Positions 28,569-40,148 are shown, counted from the first letter of the stretch. The stretch is DNA of 64,000 nucleotides from an uncultured bacterium (GCA_964488475.1 CAZAUK010000015.1:1751-65750); one strand, 5' to 3'. Numbers and translations: made by a program. Notes: generated from the sequence alone by a model not told the origin.

Positions 28569-28813
28569 AAAGGATTGGCGAAAATAAGAATGATAGATAT
28601 CACGAAACAGTAGATGGCGGTCGATTCGATCATCGCCAGGCCCACGAACAGGGTTCTTGTGATAGTGTTGGATTCATCAGGCTGCTGGGCTATCGAGCTC
28701 AGCGCCTGGGCCAGGGCTCTGGCCTCTCCCAGGGCCGGCCCTATCGATCCTATGGCGATAGTCAGGCCTGATATGATAATGGAAGCCGCTCCGACTATGT
28801 TTATACTTTCCAT
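28538..28813 (-). CDS. atpE: ATP synthase c subunit (proteolipid) with Na+-binding-type motif
   Basis: 91 aa hairpin (MESINIVGAASIIISGLTIAIGSIGPALGE...[24 protein letters not shown]). ESTxxY motif as in Na+-binding c rings. Strong RBS AAGGAGG. Lies inside a longer, spurious ORF-track entry. Confidence 0.8.
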   Translation of the reverse strand: MESINIVGAASIIISGLTIAIGSIGPALGEARALAQALSSIAQQPDESNTITRTLFVGLAMIESTAIYCFVISIILIFANPFWNHVIQKGG

Positions 28814-28830
28814 ACTTTTTCCTCCTTTTT

Positions 28831-29523
28831 TCAAGATTCTTTCCCGTTTTCCCGATTTTGATGAGACCGGCTGGCTGACGCTATATATACGGTGGCCAGA
28901 ACAGCGAATATATACGCCTGGATCTGTCCTATCAGCAGGCTGAGAGCCTCCATAACCACCGGCAGAAAGAGGGGGGCTACGGATAACAGCAGGGCCGCGA
29001 TCATCGTTCCGCTCATCACGTTGCCGAACAAGCGGACCGCCAGGGCCAGAGTCCTGGACAGCTCTCCGATTACGTGAAATGGAAGCATGAATACGGTCGG
29101 TTTTATGTAGCGCCGGAAATATCCGGCCAGGCCCGCCTGGGATATGCCGTAGATAGGAACGGCGAAAAAGACGCACACCGCCAGGGCCGCGGCGGTGTTT
29201 ATGGAGCCGGTAGGGGGATGATACCCCGGGACAAAGGCCAGGAAATTGGACAATGATATGAACAGGAACAGGGTTCCGATAAAGGGGAGGTAGGTTGAGG
29301 GGTCGCTCCGGATAATGTCCTTTATCTGGCCCCGGATAATATCCACCAGCGCCTCCAGGAACATCTGACCCCGTGAGAACTGAGTCTCCACGGAGAAGCG
29401 CCTGGTTACCAGCCAGGAAATCAGAACCAGCACTGCCATGATCACCCATGTGAAAACTATGGTGGCGTTAAGCTGAAAGAATCCCCACTCCCAGTAAATT
29501 AAATTGTCCGGACTGATATTCAT
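28831..29523 (-). CDS. atpB: ATP synthase a subunit (N-ATPase operon)
   Basis: Multi-TM protein with conserved Arg motif ALAVRLFGNVMSG. Internal ATG 29523 with AAGAGG RBS chosen. Confidence 0.8.
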   Translation of the reverse strand: MNISPDNLIYWEWGFFQLNATIVFTWVIMAVLVLISWLVTRRFSVETQFSRGQMFLEALVDIIRGQIKDIIRSDPSTYLPFIGTLFLFISLSNFLAFVPGYHPPTGSINTAAALAVCVFFAVPIYGISQAGLAGYFRRYIKPTVFMLPFHVIGELSRTLALAVRLFGNVMSGTMIAALLLSVAPLFLPVVMEALSLLIGQIQAYIFAVLATVYIASASRSHQNRENGKES

Positions 29524-29831
29524 CGGATATCCTCTTTTTCGCGTGTCTTTGGCTGTTTGCCCCTTTTTGTGGTCATCACCAGGCGGACCGAGATGAACCC
29601 GGCCAGGCAGACCAGAACGTGGATCCATCGGCCTCCCCGGGCAACCAGGTAAAACCCCGCCAATGATATTCCAAAGCGCAGAAACAGGCTCAGGGATATC
29701 CAGAGCCAGGGCCTCTTAGCCGGGGGAAGCCGGCGGACGGTGAACCAGAGTCCCTCGTAGAATATATACCCCATGACCAGCCCCGCGGCAAAGGCCAGAA
29801 CATAACCGGCAATACTAGTCATTACTATCAT
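29520..29831 (-). CDS. atpR: small membrane protein, AtpR-like (N-ATPase-specific)
   Basis: 103 aa. Two or three TM helices with embedded Arg residues. Position between the AtpQ-like gene and atpB matches the N-ATPase operon layout. Confidence 0.55.
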   Translation of the reverse strand: MIVMTSIAGYVLAFAAGLVMGYIFYEGLWFTVRRLPPAKRPWLWISLSLFLRFGISLAGFYLVARGGRWIHVLVCLAGFISVRLVMTTKRGKQPKTREKEDIR

Positions 29832-30151
29832 CTTCTTCTTTCTGTATCAGGTCCCTTTCCCTTGAGACCCAGTACCACGCGTTAATGCATCCCAGCACGA
29901 TTCCAATGAACAAAAACATCAATGTCCATGAAAACCGGTCCTCCAGGCGGGAGTCCAGCCAAATCCCCAGGGCCAGGGATATGAGGGTAGGTATGGCAAC
30001 CGACCACCCCACCAGCCCGAACATCCCCAGTCCGAACCACAGGCTGTGCTCTTCCTTGAATCTTCTGGCCTTCTGCTTTCTAACGGCCTTCCGTCCTATA
30101 TCCCGGGTCATCTTCTTCTGCCGCCGCTCCTGCTTTTTCTCTTCTTTGCTG

Positions 30152-30159
<8 letters not shown>
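29815..30159 (-). CDS. atpQ: small membrane protein, AtpQ/AtpZ(AtpI)-like (N-ATPase operon)
   Basis: 114 aa. Basic N-terminus then two TM helices (LWFGLGMFGLVGWSVAIPTLISLALGIWLD). Located between epsilon and the AtpR-like gene. Confidence 0.5.
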
Positions 30160-31914
<1,755 letters not shown>

Positions 31915-32086
31915 TCAGCTCTGACTCATAAAAGCATGGCCTGGCAGGCCATTTCCTAATTTCTCGCCATCTTATCAGATTTGTGAAATAATTACTAATA
32001 GATATCTCCTTTTAATTAGAGCCTGGTTTCTCTATAATGAAAAATGTTCTGGATATCATCAGTGCCGTAAAGGGAAGTGTTAATCA

Positions 32087-33409
32087 ATGAAAAAAAAGGT
32101 CCTTCTACTGGGGCGGTGGGGAAAATCCCACTCCTTTGCCAGTGCTATAGTGGAGAAAAGCCCCCAGGAAGCCGAATTGTACTGCTATATGGATAAGCCA
32201 AACGCCGGAATCGTGCCGCTGGCGACAGACTACAGGCTGGGAAACATGAGGGACAATGACAGTATTCTCGATTACGCCATGGAGAAAGACATAGATTTCG
32301 TCATAGCCGTTCCCCATATGTCCTTGAGCAACAGCATCACCGACGAGATGATAGACAGGGGGATAAGGTGCGTCGGTCCCACCAGAAAGTGCAGCAAGCT
32401 GGAAACCAGCAAGCCATTTCTCAGAAGAATACTGAACGAGACCGGGCAGGATGTATCCCCGGAATATAATGTCTTTACGGCCAAGGAAGACGCTATAGAT
32501 CACATAAGATCAATCGATCATGACTTCGCGGTAAAGCCGGCCGGAGTAACAGAAGGTGACGGGGTGAAGGTGATCGGAATTCAGCTCAGAGACAGGGATG
32601 AAGCGATCGATTACGTCCATGAGATCTTCGAGAAGAATATAGGCGGAATAGCGGAAATAATCATAGAAGAGAAATTGGCAGGCAGGGAGTTCACCATCCA
32701 GGCTTTCGTGGATGGAAAAACCGTCTGGGGGATGCCCGCAACCAGGGATTACAAACTTCTTCGCGAAGGGGAAAAGGGCCTTAATACTCCTGGAATGGGA
32801 TCTATCAGTTTTGCGAGTCACTTTTTGCCTTTTTTGAGTAAAGATGAGTATAACGAATCCCTCAGAATAATGACCGGGGTGGTCAATCATCTTGCCGATA
32901 AATACAGGGAGATATTTGTTGGGTTCCTCTCCGGGCAATTCATAAAGACGGCGGATGGCATCAAGGTTATAGAGTTCAACGTGCGCCCGGGGGATTCCGA
33001 GATACTGAATATAATCCCGATCCTCAAGACAGATTTCATCCAGATCTGTGAAGCGATGATAGACAATCAACTTGATGAGTTGAACATACAATATGAGCAA
33101 AAGGCCACAGTCTGCAAATACGTGGTGGGGGAAGGATTCCCCCATCCCAGGCACGATATGGAAATGGAGATAAACGAAAAAGGGATACGAGAAGGAGGTG
33201 GGGAGCTCTTCTACTCCTGCTTCGCCGTGGACAAGAACGTCTACAAACCCAGTCCCCGAGGAGTGGCGGTGACTGCCAAAGGGCAGGATCTGAAGGAGGC
33301 ATATAATCTGTGCGAGAAGCTTATCACCGAAAACATCAGGGGCAAGAAGATCTGGCATAGAAAAGATATAGGCTCAGAAGAGCTTCTTGACCATCACAGG
33401 ATGGAATAA
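32087..33409 (+). CDS. ATP-grasp enzyme of the PurD (phosphoribosylamine-glycine ligase) family, divergent
   Basis: N-terminal KVLLLGRWGKSHSFASAI...NAG and GP.....LE.SK.F region similar to PurD. Central ATP-grasp fold. 440 aa. Confidence 0.6.
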   Translation: MKKKVLLLGRWGKSHSFASAIVEKSPQEAELYCYMDKPNAGIVPLATDYRLGNMRDNDSILDYAMEKDIDFVIAVPHMSLSNSITDEMIDRGIRCVGPTRKCSKLETSKPFLRRILNETGQDVSPEYNVFTAKEDAIDHIRSIDHDFAVKPAGVTEGDGVKVIGIQLRDRDEAIDYVHEIFEKNIGGIAEIIIEEKLAGREFTIQAFVDGKTVWGMPATRDYKLLREGEKGLNTPGMGSISFASHFLPFLSKDEYNESLRIMTGVVNHLADKYREIFVGFLSGQFIKTADGIKVIEFNVRPGDSEILNIIPILKTDFIQICEAMIDNQLDELNIQYEQKATVCKYVVGEGFPHPRHDMEMEINEKGIREGGGELFYSCFAVDKNVYKPSPRGVAVTAKGQDLKEAYNLCEKLITENIRGKKIWHRKDIGSEELLDHHRME

Positions 33410-33411
33410 GA

Positions 33412-33930
33412 ATGATAGTGATCGAGAAACAGAGCGGAAAGGATTTCCTGGAAGTTCACCGGCTGGCGGGTAGAATAGCTGGAATAGTGCCGCATCCGGC
33501 GCATCTTTATAAGATCATGGCCGACCATTTCGGAGATACCTTCTTCGTGGCTAAGGATATGGCGGAAGACGGCGATTACGATATACTCGGTTTCATGCTT
33601 GGTTTTCTTTCGCGCAGGATAAGAGGCCACCTGTTCGTCTGGCAGGTGGCCGTCTCGGAAGAATTCCAGGGAAAAGGGATAGCCACAAAACTTCTTGAGC
33701 ACACCATTGAATATGCCAAGAAATCAGATGAATGTGAAGCGGTTATGGCCACGGTCGAGACTGGCAACATGGCATCCCGGAGGCTCTTTGAGACAGTCGG
33801 CTTCCACATAGATTCAGGCGGGTTCAGAGGGGAGGGGCAGGAGCTTATTACCTCAGGTGAAAAAGAAGCAGTCAGGAATTATTATCAGAGCGGAACCGAT
33901 CAGATATTCTATGTGACAGGCACCAAGTAG
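33412..33930 (+). CDS. GNAT-family N-acetyltransferase
   Basis: 172 aa. Acetyl-CoA binding motif VAVSEEFQGKGIATKLL. Starts 3 nt after the ATP-grasp stop. Confidence 0.7.
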   Translation: MIVIEKQSGKDFLEVHRLAGRIAGIVPHPAHLYKIMADHFGDTFFVAKDMAEDGDYDILGFMLGFLSRRIRGHLFVWQVAVSEEFQGKGIATKLLEHTIEYAKKSDECEAVMATVETGNMASRRLFETVGFHIDSGGFRGEGQELITSGEKEAVRNYYQSGTDQIFYVTGTK

Positions 33931-34109
33931 ATAGCAGTGATCGGGACGGGTGCCGCGGCCGGGAGATTGACGGTAAAACAGTCATTGCTTTAGAGAGGGG
34001 ACTCTTGATACGATCGGGGTGGATTTCAAGACTCGCCCGCTGCCGAAAGGACGAATTCATTATTAAATAAGTAATCACGCGAAGAATTAAAAAAAGGGGG
34101 GGTATCGAT

Positions 34110-35564
34110 ATGAAAGATGATAAGCGGAAACACGCCACGACTGACGCCGGGATTCCAGTATCCAGCGACGAATTCTCGCTTACCGTGGGCCCCGACGGCC
34201 CGGTCCTGATGCAGGACTCGTATCTCATCGAACAGATGGCAAACTTCAACCGGGAGATGATTCCGGACCGCCAGCCGCACGCGAAGGGCTCGGGGGCCTT
34301 CGGGCGCTTCGAGGTGACAAAGGACGTCAGCGCCTACACCAAGGCGGCCCTTTTCCAGCCGGGCACCAAGACAGATGTGCTGGCCCGGTTCTCCACCGTG
34401 GCCGGCGAAAGCGGGAGTCCCGACACTTGGAGGGATGTGCGCGGCTTCGCGCTCAAGTTCTACACCACTGAAGGCAACTACGACATGGTGGGGAACAACA
34501 CGCCGGTGTTCTTCGTGCGCGATCCCATGAAGTTTCAGGACTTCATCCATTCACAGAAGCGCCGTGCGGACAGCGGGCTGAGGGACAACGATATGCAGTG
34601 GGACTTCTGGACCCTCTCCCCTGAATCCGCTCATCAGGTCACAATTCTTATGAGCGACCGCGGCATTCCCAGAAGCTATCGGCACATGAACGGATATACC
34701 AGCCATACATACATGTGGATCAACGCCAAAGGGGAGCGATTCTGGGTCAAGTATCACTTCAAGACCGACCAGGGTATAGAATTCCTCACCCAGGAGGAGG
34801 GGGACCGCATCGCCGGGGAGGACGCCGACTACCACCGCCGCGACCTGTTTGAGGCGATAAAACGGGGGGATTATCCCAGCTGGACCCTGAAGGTTCAGAT
34901 CATGCCGTTTGAAGAGGCCAGGGACTACAGGTTCAACCCGTTCGATCTGACCAAGGTCTGGCCGCACGGCGATTATCCGGTGCATGAGGTGGGAAAGCTG
35001 ACACTGGACCGTAATCCGTCCGACTTTCATGCCGAGATAGAGCAGGCGGCCTACGAGCCCAACAACCTGGTGCCCGGAATAGGGCCCAGCCCGGACAAGA
35101 TGCTGCTCGCACGGCTCTTCTCCTACGCTGACGCGCACCGGGCGCGCCTGGGCGTAAACTACAAGCAGATTCCGGTGAACAGGCCGAAAGTCCCGGTAAA
35201 CAATTACAGCAAGGGCGGCGCGATGAGAATCGACAACGTCTCCGACCCGGTTTACAAGCCGAACTCCAAGGGCGGACCCACGGCCTACCCCGAGCGCTAT
35301 CCAGAAGAAGCTGTCTGGAGCGCCAGCGGCGAGTTCATCCGCTCCGCCTACACCAAGCGCAAGGATGACGACGATTTTGTACAGCCCGGAACCCTGGTGC
35401 GCGAAGTGATGGATGACGACCAGCGCGACCGTCTTGTATCAAACGTGGTCGCACACCTCAAGAACGGGGTAACCGAGCCGGTCCTGGAACGAGCGTTTGA
35501 ATACTGGCGCAATATCGACAAGGATGCCGGCGACCGCATCGCGGGGGGAGTGAAGGGAGGGTGA
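34110..35564 (+). CDS. katA: monofunctional heme catalase
   Basis: 484 aa. Catalase proximal/distal signatures (RERIPERVVHAKG-like [14 protein letters not shown]; FDRERIPERVVHA family layout). Heme-ligand Tyr region [10 protein letters not shown]. Confidence 0.9.
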   Translation: MKDDKRKHATTDAGIPVSSDEFSLTVGPDGPVLMQDSYLIEQMANFNREMIPDRQPHAKGSGAFGRFEVTKDVSAYTKAALFQPGTKTDVLARFSTVAGESGSPDTWRDVRGFALKFYTTEGNYDMVGNNTPVFFVRDPMKFQDFIHSQKRRADSGLRDNDMQWDFWTLSPESAHQVTILMSDRGIPRSYRHMNGYTSHTYMWINAKGERFWVKYHFKTDQGIEFLTQEEGDRIAGEDADYHRRDLFEAIKRGDYPSWTLKVQIMPFEEARDYRFNPFDLTKVWPHGDYPVHEVGKLTLDRNPSDFHAEIEQAAYEPNNLVPGIGPSPDKMLLARLFSYADAHRARLGVNYKQIPVNRPKVPVNNYSKGGAMRIDNVSDPVYKPNSKGGPTAYPERYPEEAVWSASGEFIRSAYTKRKDDDDFVQPGTLVREVMDDDQRDRLVSNVVAHLKNGVTEPVLERAFEYWRNIDKDAGDRIAGGVKGG

Positions 35565-35694
35565 TCCCGGCGGTCAGCTATGCTTTAAAAATAGATGTTC
35601 ATTTCCCCGGTCCACAAAATTCCGCCAGGGCATGAGGGAGTTCTATTGACAGTGGAAGCTGTTAAATCTCAAACGGACAGAAATCGAAGCGTTT

Positions 35695-37119
35695 ATGGAT
35701 AGAATATTCGAATCGTTCTGGTTCTATTTATGGGGAATGGTTCTTGTCTTCTGCCTGGCGCTGGCGGAGCTTGGCAGGTTGGCCGGTTTTATACCCCCGG
35801 CTGTGCTTAACGATCTGACCGGAGGTCCCTGGTGGTGGGACAGGCCGGGATTCCTTCATTTTATATTGCTGGCCGTATCTCTTGTCGCCCTGATTCTTCT
35901 CGGATCGAGATTCCTGCGAAAGGCGCCGGCGCTCAGCACGGGATACGAAAAAGCGGTCGCCGTTCTCGTTATTATCCTGGGTATATTCCTCTGTGTGAAC
36001 CAATACGGTGAACTTGAGAATGTCGTTTCCAGAACGACCGATTTCGGCACTATTTACAGAGCCTCAAAAGCGCTGGCCGCGGGGGATAATCCATACCAGG
36101 CCACCTCCAATCAATATTTTTATCCCCCTCTTCCGGCTTTTCTTTTCATACCTCTTACCCTGCTGCCTCTTTCGGCGGCGAGCACCCTGTTTTTTTCGAT
36201 CAAATTCATCATGATAGCCTGGACTCTCAAAGTTTGCTATCGCCTGGTCTCAGGATATGATTTTACCGGCGGGCGCCGCGCTCTTTTCATCTTCGGCCTG
36301 ATCTTTGTAGCGGCCCGTTTTTGGGTGTCAGACCTTCAGTTCGGAAATACCAACGTAGTAATCCTATACCTGATCGTGGCGTCCATATTACTGGACAGAA
36401 AGGATAGGAGTATGGCGGCCGGTATGGCATTGGCCCTGGCGGCGGCTATCAAGATCGTGCCGGCGGTCCTGTGCCTCCATTTCATCATAACCGGGAGGTG
36501 GCGGACCGTTATTTATTTCTCGGTCTTTCTGGTGGCGTTCAATCTTTTTCCCTGGCTGTTCCTGGCCGGGCACTGGAGCTTGACCTGGGAAGCGTATCTT
36601 GATGCCGGAGTCGCCGGAAAACTTGGTGAAAGACTGGCCAAGACAGACAACCAGTCATTCTGGGGGACGATAAACCGAAGCTTTTCCGATGTCCCGCTGG
36701 AGATCCTTCGCTGGTTATGGGTGAGCACATCGTTGCTCCTGGCAGCTTTTGTAGCCTTTATATCTTCGCGTTCCCGCTCGGGGGGCAAGTTGACCCGGAT
36801 AGCGGCAGTGTCTTTGTATCCTCTTTTGGGACTGATGGTATCGCCGGGCAGCTGGGTGGTTCATTATACAGCTGTATTGCCGGCGATGGCGGTCCTCTGG
36901 AAGATATGCCTTGTCAACTCAAAATCCACGCGCTGGCTGTGGATCATCTTTGCCTTTACCAATCTGGTCTATAGCGTATCGGGAATCCACAGAGCTCTGG
37001 TGAATATTTCCATCGATCAGTCCTGGTTTGTGATTGCCACGGTAACATTAATAGCCGCGCTAGGGGCCTGGGTCTTGAGAAACCAGCGCGCCGCTGCCGC
37101 CTGGGCGGCCGAATCGTAG
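35695..37119 (+). CDS. GT-C-type integral membrane glycosyltransferase-like protein (DUF2029 / GT87-like)
   Basis: Roughly 11 TM helices. Conserved loop GDNPYQATSNQYFYPPLPAFLFIPL is typical of the DUF2029 family. Confidence 0.5.
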   Translation: MDRIFESFWFYLWGMVLVFCLALAELGRLAGFIPPAVLNDLTGGPWWWDRPGFLHFILLAVSLVALILLGSRFLRKAPALSTGYEKAVAVLVIILGIFLCVNQYGELENVVSRTTDFGTIYRASKALAAGDNPYQATSNQYFYPPLPAFLFIPLTLLPLSAASTLFFSIKFIMIAWTLKVCYRLVSGYDFTGGRRALFIFGLIFVAARFWVSDLQFGNTNVVILYLIVASILLDRKDRSMAAGMALALAAAIKIVPAVLCLHFIITGRWRTVIYFSVFLVAFNLFPWLFLAGHWSLTWEAYLDAGVAGKLGERLAKTDNQSFWGTINRSFSDVPLEILRWLWVSTSLLLAAFVAFISSRSRSGGKLTRIAAVSLYPLLGLMVSPGSWVVHYTAVLPAMAVLWKICLVNSKSTRWLWIIFAFTNLVYSVSGIHRALVNISIDQSWFVIATVTLIAALGAWVLRNQRAAAAWAAES

Positions 37120-37494
37120 ATCGTGTGATCCCCGCTTCTTACTCCTCCGCCGCCGTTGAACGTGCCGTTCGCTATCTGGTACTGGGATAGCGCGCCTGAC
37201 GGCAGTAGCAGCAGAAGTATAAGGAGCGGCAGATTTACCCTTTTCATAAACCTTCCTCCTTTTTTAATGATATTTTCCGGAGCCTGTGTCTCTTAGTATT
37301 TTTAGACTATACCCGAAGCCGGTTTGACACAATAAAAAATTTATTTGTTCTGGACAGTCTCCGAAGGCGGAGGTTGGACTCAAAATAAATTTTTCCTTTT
37401 ACTGCCGGTGCTTTCAATGTTAGTATATAATCAAGCGCGCGGCGCGGGATTTTCCTTCAGTGCTTTATCGAAGATGTACGAAGGGAGGATGACG

Positions 37495-38133
37495 ATGAGT
37501 AAAGCACTTTTTATTTTAATGTCAATCACCGCAATTTCAGGGTTCTTATTCAGTCCGGCTTTAGCCGACGTTCTGATCAACGAGATCATGGCGGATCCGG
37601 CCAGGGACTGGGATGGAGACGGAGCCTATTATTACCGGGATGATGAATGGGTCGAGGTGATAAACACGGGCGACTCCGCGGTAGATCTGTCCGAGTATCT
37701 CCTCTGCGACGGGGAGTCCCCGGTAATATGGCGGTACGGATTCTCCGGAATTCTCGATCCCGGAGAGGTGCGGGTGGTGTTCGGAAGCGATTCCCGCCTC
37801 TGGGAGGAGTCTAACGGTTTTCCGGTATACGGACTCAGTCTTAATAATTCGGGGGATGCGGTTTCCCTGTTCAGGTGCCAGGGGGCTGATACTCTCCTTG
37901 TGGATGAGATCGTATACGAAGCCTACGTTGCGGAAGACGACCGTACCGCGGGCAGGAGCGCCGAGGACCATTTTACATGGGAGCTCTTCGACGCATATAA
38001 TCCCTATTCCGGTTCGGGCTCTCTTGCCGGAAACGGGTGCCTGCCCACTCCCGGTACGGTGAACACCTGCGTGACAGACGCTGAGAACTCCAGCTGGGGA
38101 GTGATAAAATCGATGTACGGAAGCTGCGATTAA
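37495..38133 (+). CDS. secreted lamin-tail-domain (LTD) protein
   Basis: Signal peptide. LTD signature VLINEIMADP...EWVEVINTGDSAVDLSEYLL. Start at ATG 37495 (or 37489) behind a GGGAGG RBS; the ORF track starts at 37345. Confidence 0.6.
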   Translation: MSKALFILMSITAISGFLFSPALADVLINEIMADPARDWDGDGAYYYRDDEWVEVINTGDSAVDLSEYLLCDGESPVIWRYGFSGILDPGEVRVVFGSDSRLWEESNGFPVYGLSLNNSGDAVSLFRCQGADTLLVDEIVYEAYVAEDDRTAGRSAEDHFTWELFDAYNPYSGSGSLAGNGCLPTPGTVNTCVTDAENSSWGVIKSMYGSCD

Positions 38134-38135
38134 GG

Positions 38136-38172
38136 CTGTTTCCGCCCGAAAGGGCCGGCGGGTAAAACAGGC
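38136..38172 (+). terminator. GC hairpin with GAAA tetraloop (CCGCCC-GAAA-GGGC...) directly after the LTD gene stop
   Basis: CCGCCCGAAAGGGCCGGCGGG enclosed by CTGTTT/AAACAG. No clear U-tract. Same core motif recurs at 43871-43890. Confidence 0.3.
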
Positions 38173-38299
38173 GGATATTTAAGGCCGCCGGTTCACCCGC
38201 GGCTTAGACTTGAATCAAGCTGAAGGAGAATGTTCGCGCCGCGCTTTCAGAGGGATTTATTGACTTTACGAAATGGAGCTGTTGTGTTAGTTTTCGGGC

Positions 38300-40012
38300 A
38301 TGACAGAAAAGCGTAAAGACAGAAGAGACAGCAAGCTCAACCGGTGCTGGGAATACTTTCAGTGCGGGAATATGGACTGCCCGGCTTACGGGCAGGAGAA
38401 CGCGGCCTGCTGGGAGGTCACCGGCCATACCTGCAAGGGAAAGGTGTTCGGCAGGATCGAGGAAAAGCTTATCAGGTGCTGCTTTAACTGTCCATACTTC
38501 AAGCAGCTCAAGAAGAGGCTCAAGGGAAGAAGGTGGGCGGATATCACAATCCTTGAGTCCCTGGAAGACGCTCTGGTGAGAAGCTCCAAATACTCCAAGA
38601 AGGTGGAGGACCTCTATATGGAAGTCATCAGGCGAAGCAAGCTGATGAACCTTCTTGGAGAGGTGAGCAAGATAATCACGGGGCTGGACAGGGAAGAAGA
38701 CATAATCCTTGCCATTCTGACAGTTATAACAGCCAATGAGGGGCTGGGCTACAACAGGGCGTTCGTATTTCTCAAAGAAGAGGACAGGGAGGTATTGAAA
38801 GGGAAATACGCCCTTGGTCCCTCGACCCCGGAGGAGGCTGGAAGCCTGTGGAAGGTTCTGGAAAGGGACGAGAACGTATCCATCGAGAAGTTGGTAAGGA
38901 AGGGGCAGCAGCTCGCCTACATACGAAACAGCCCCATAGCGAGGCAGACGTCGAAGCTGACTATAGACCTAAATGATACTGATAGCATAATATCAAAAGG
39001 CATCTCGGAGGTCAGGTTCTGCTGCGTGCAGGACCTGGGCAGTGAAGGGGACAGGAAGCTGGCATCGGAGCTGGGCCTTAAGGAGTTCTGCTTCTGCCCG
39101 ATAGCCACCGCTGACGAGCAGCTGGGGCTTATTATTGTGGATAATATTTACTCTGGCAAGGAGATAACCCCTGAAGACGCCCATCTGTTAGAAATGGTTG
39201 TAAACCACGCCACAACATCGCTTAAGGCCGCCCAGTTAAAGGATTCTTTAAAGAATAATATCAGGCGGCTCAAGGAGTCTTACAGGAAGCTGAAGACGAA
39301 CGAGGAAAGGATGATGAAGGCGGAGAGGCTGGCGATTTCGGGGGAGATGACCTCCTCCGTGCTTCATGAGATAAAGAATCCCCTGGTCTCAATAGGCGGC
39401 TTTGCGAGAAGCCTCTGGAATTCAAATGACCTCAGCGAAAAGGACAGGGAGAAGGTTGAAGTTATAATGAAGGAATCGCTGAGGCTTGAAAAGTACATGA
39501 AGAGCCTTCAGACCAGTGTCAGTGAGGTAAGGCTGGAAGAGGGGGACGTAAACGAGATCATAGCCGACACCATCCAGCTGGTCAAATCAGACATCCAGGA
39601 GAGAAAGATAAACCTAAGAAGAAATCTCGATCCGAACATCTCAAAATGCGGCTTCGATGAGGTCAAGATTCACCAGGTGATGCTTAATATCATTCAGAAC
39701 TCTATCGAGGCGGTTGACCAGGGGGGCAATATCAGCATCAGGACATGGCAGGACAAAGACAAGGTCTATGTTGAATTCTCCGATGACGGCGAGGGAATCC
39801 ACAGCGACCGGATGTCCAGGATATTTTCTCCTTTTTACACGACCAAGGACAAGGGTTCGGGGCTGGGGCTGGCCTTCGCCCACAGGATAATCAAGGACCA
39901 TGGAGGTAACATAACCGTGACGAGTTCGAGGGGTAAGGGAGCCACTTTTCTGGTCTCGCTTCCCGCGGTCAACGTGGCGCAGATGGAGGTAGAGGGCGAG
40001 GCCAACAGCTAG
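38300..40012 (+). CDS. soluble sensor histidine kinase: Cys-rich N-terminal module + GAF + HisKA + HATPase_c
   Basis: No TM segments. N-terminal residues ~16-60 contain 9 Cys (CWEYFQCGNMDCPAY...CWEVTGHTC...CCFNCPYF). H-box HEIKNPLVSIGGFAR. G-boxes (DDGEGI, GSGLGLA). Confidence 0.8.
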   Translation: MTEKRKDRRDSKLNRCWEYFQCGNMDCPAYGQENAACWEVTGHTCKGKVFGRIEEKLIRCCFNCPYFKQLKKRLKGRRWADITILESLEDALVRSSKYSKKVEDLYMEVIRRSKLMNLLGEVSKIITGLDREEDIILAILTVITANEGLGYNRAFVFLKEEDREVLKGKYALGPSTPEEAGSLWKVLERDENVSIEKLVRKGQQLAYIRNSPIARQTSKLTIDLNDTDSIISKGISEVRFCCVQDLGSEGDRKLASELGLKEFCFCPIATADEQLGLIIVDNIYSGKEITPEDAHLLEMVVNHATTSLKAAQLKDSLKNNIRRLKESYRKLKTNEERMMKAERLAISGEMTSSVLHEIKNPLVSIGGFARSLWNSNDLSEKDREKVEVIMKESLRLEKYMKSLQTSVSEVRLEEGDVNEIIADTIQLVKSDIQERKINLRRNLDPNISKCGFDEVKIHQVMLNIIQNSIEAVDQGGNISIRTWQDKDKVYVEFSDDGEGIHSDRMSRIFSPFYTTKDKGSGLGLAFAHRIIKDHGGNITVTSSRGKGATFLVSLPAVNVAQMEVEGEANS

Positions 40013-40056
40013 GCCGCGGGCTGTCTGTTCGAACTGTTTTTCACCATTGAAATGAA

Positions 40057-40104
40057 GGCGGGGCGCAGGGTTTCGGGAAGAGACCGCTGGCCCCGCGCCC
40101 CGCC
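40057..40104 (+). terminator. GC-rich hairpin (10-bp stem GGCGGGGCGC/GCGCCCCGCC) after the histidine kinase gene
   Basis: Perfect 10-bp inverted repeat with a ~28-nt loop. No U-tract, so at most a non-canonical terminator. Confidence 0.3.
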
Positions 40105-40119
40105 GCCTCCTCTGAGGCG

Positions 40120-40148
40120 TTGACAAATTTTTGGTAAGCATTTATCCT
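40120..40148 (+). promoter_or_regulatory. sigma70-like promoter TTGACA-N17-TATCCT upstream of the cobO-meaB-mutase genes
   Basis: TTGACA 40120-40125, 17-nt spacer, TATCCT 40143-40148. The ~58-nt leader reaches the ATG at 40207. Confidence 0.35.

Noticed and set aside
28538-29449. 303-aa minus-strand ORF
   Set aside because: Only its last 91 codons, from ATG 28813 with an AAGGAGG RBS, are the ATP synthase c subunit. The upstream 212 codons overlap the well-supported a-subunit gene in another frame and look like GC-rich read-through.
37017-37247. 76-aa minus-strand ORF with a signal-peptide-like N-terminus overlapping the 3' end of the GT-C membrane protein gene
   Set aside because: Overlaps ~100 nt of a supported gene on the opposite strand and has no RBS or homology I can see. 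Possibly real, but evidence is insufficient.
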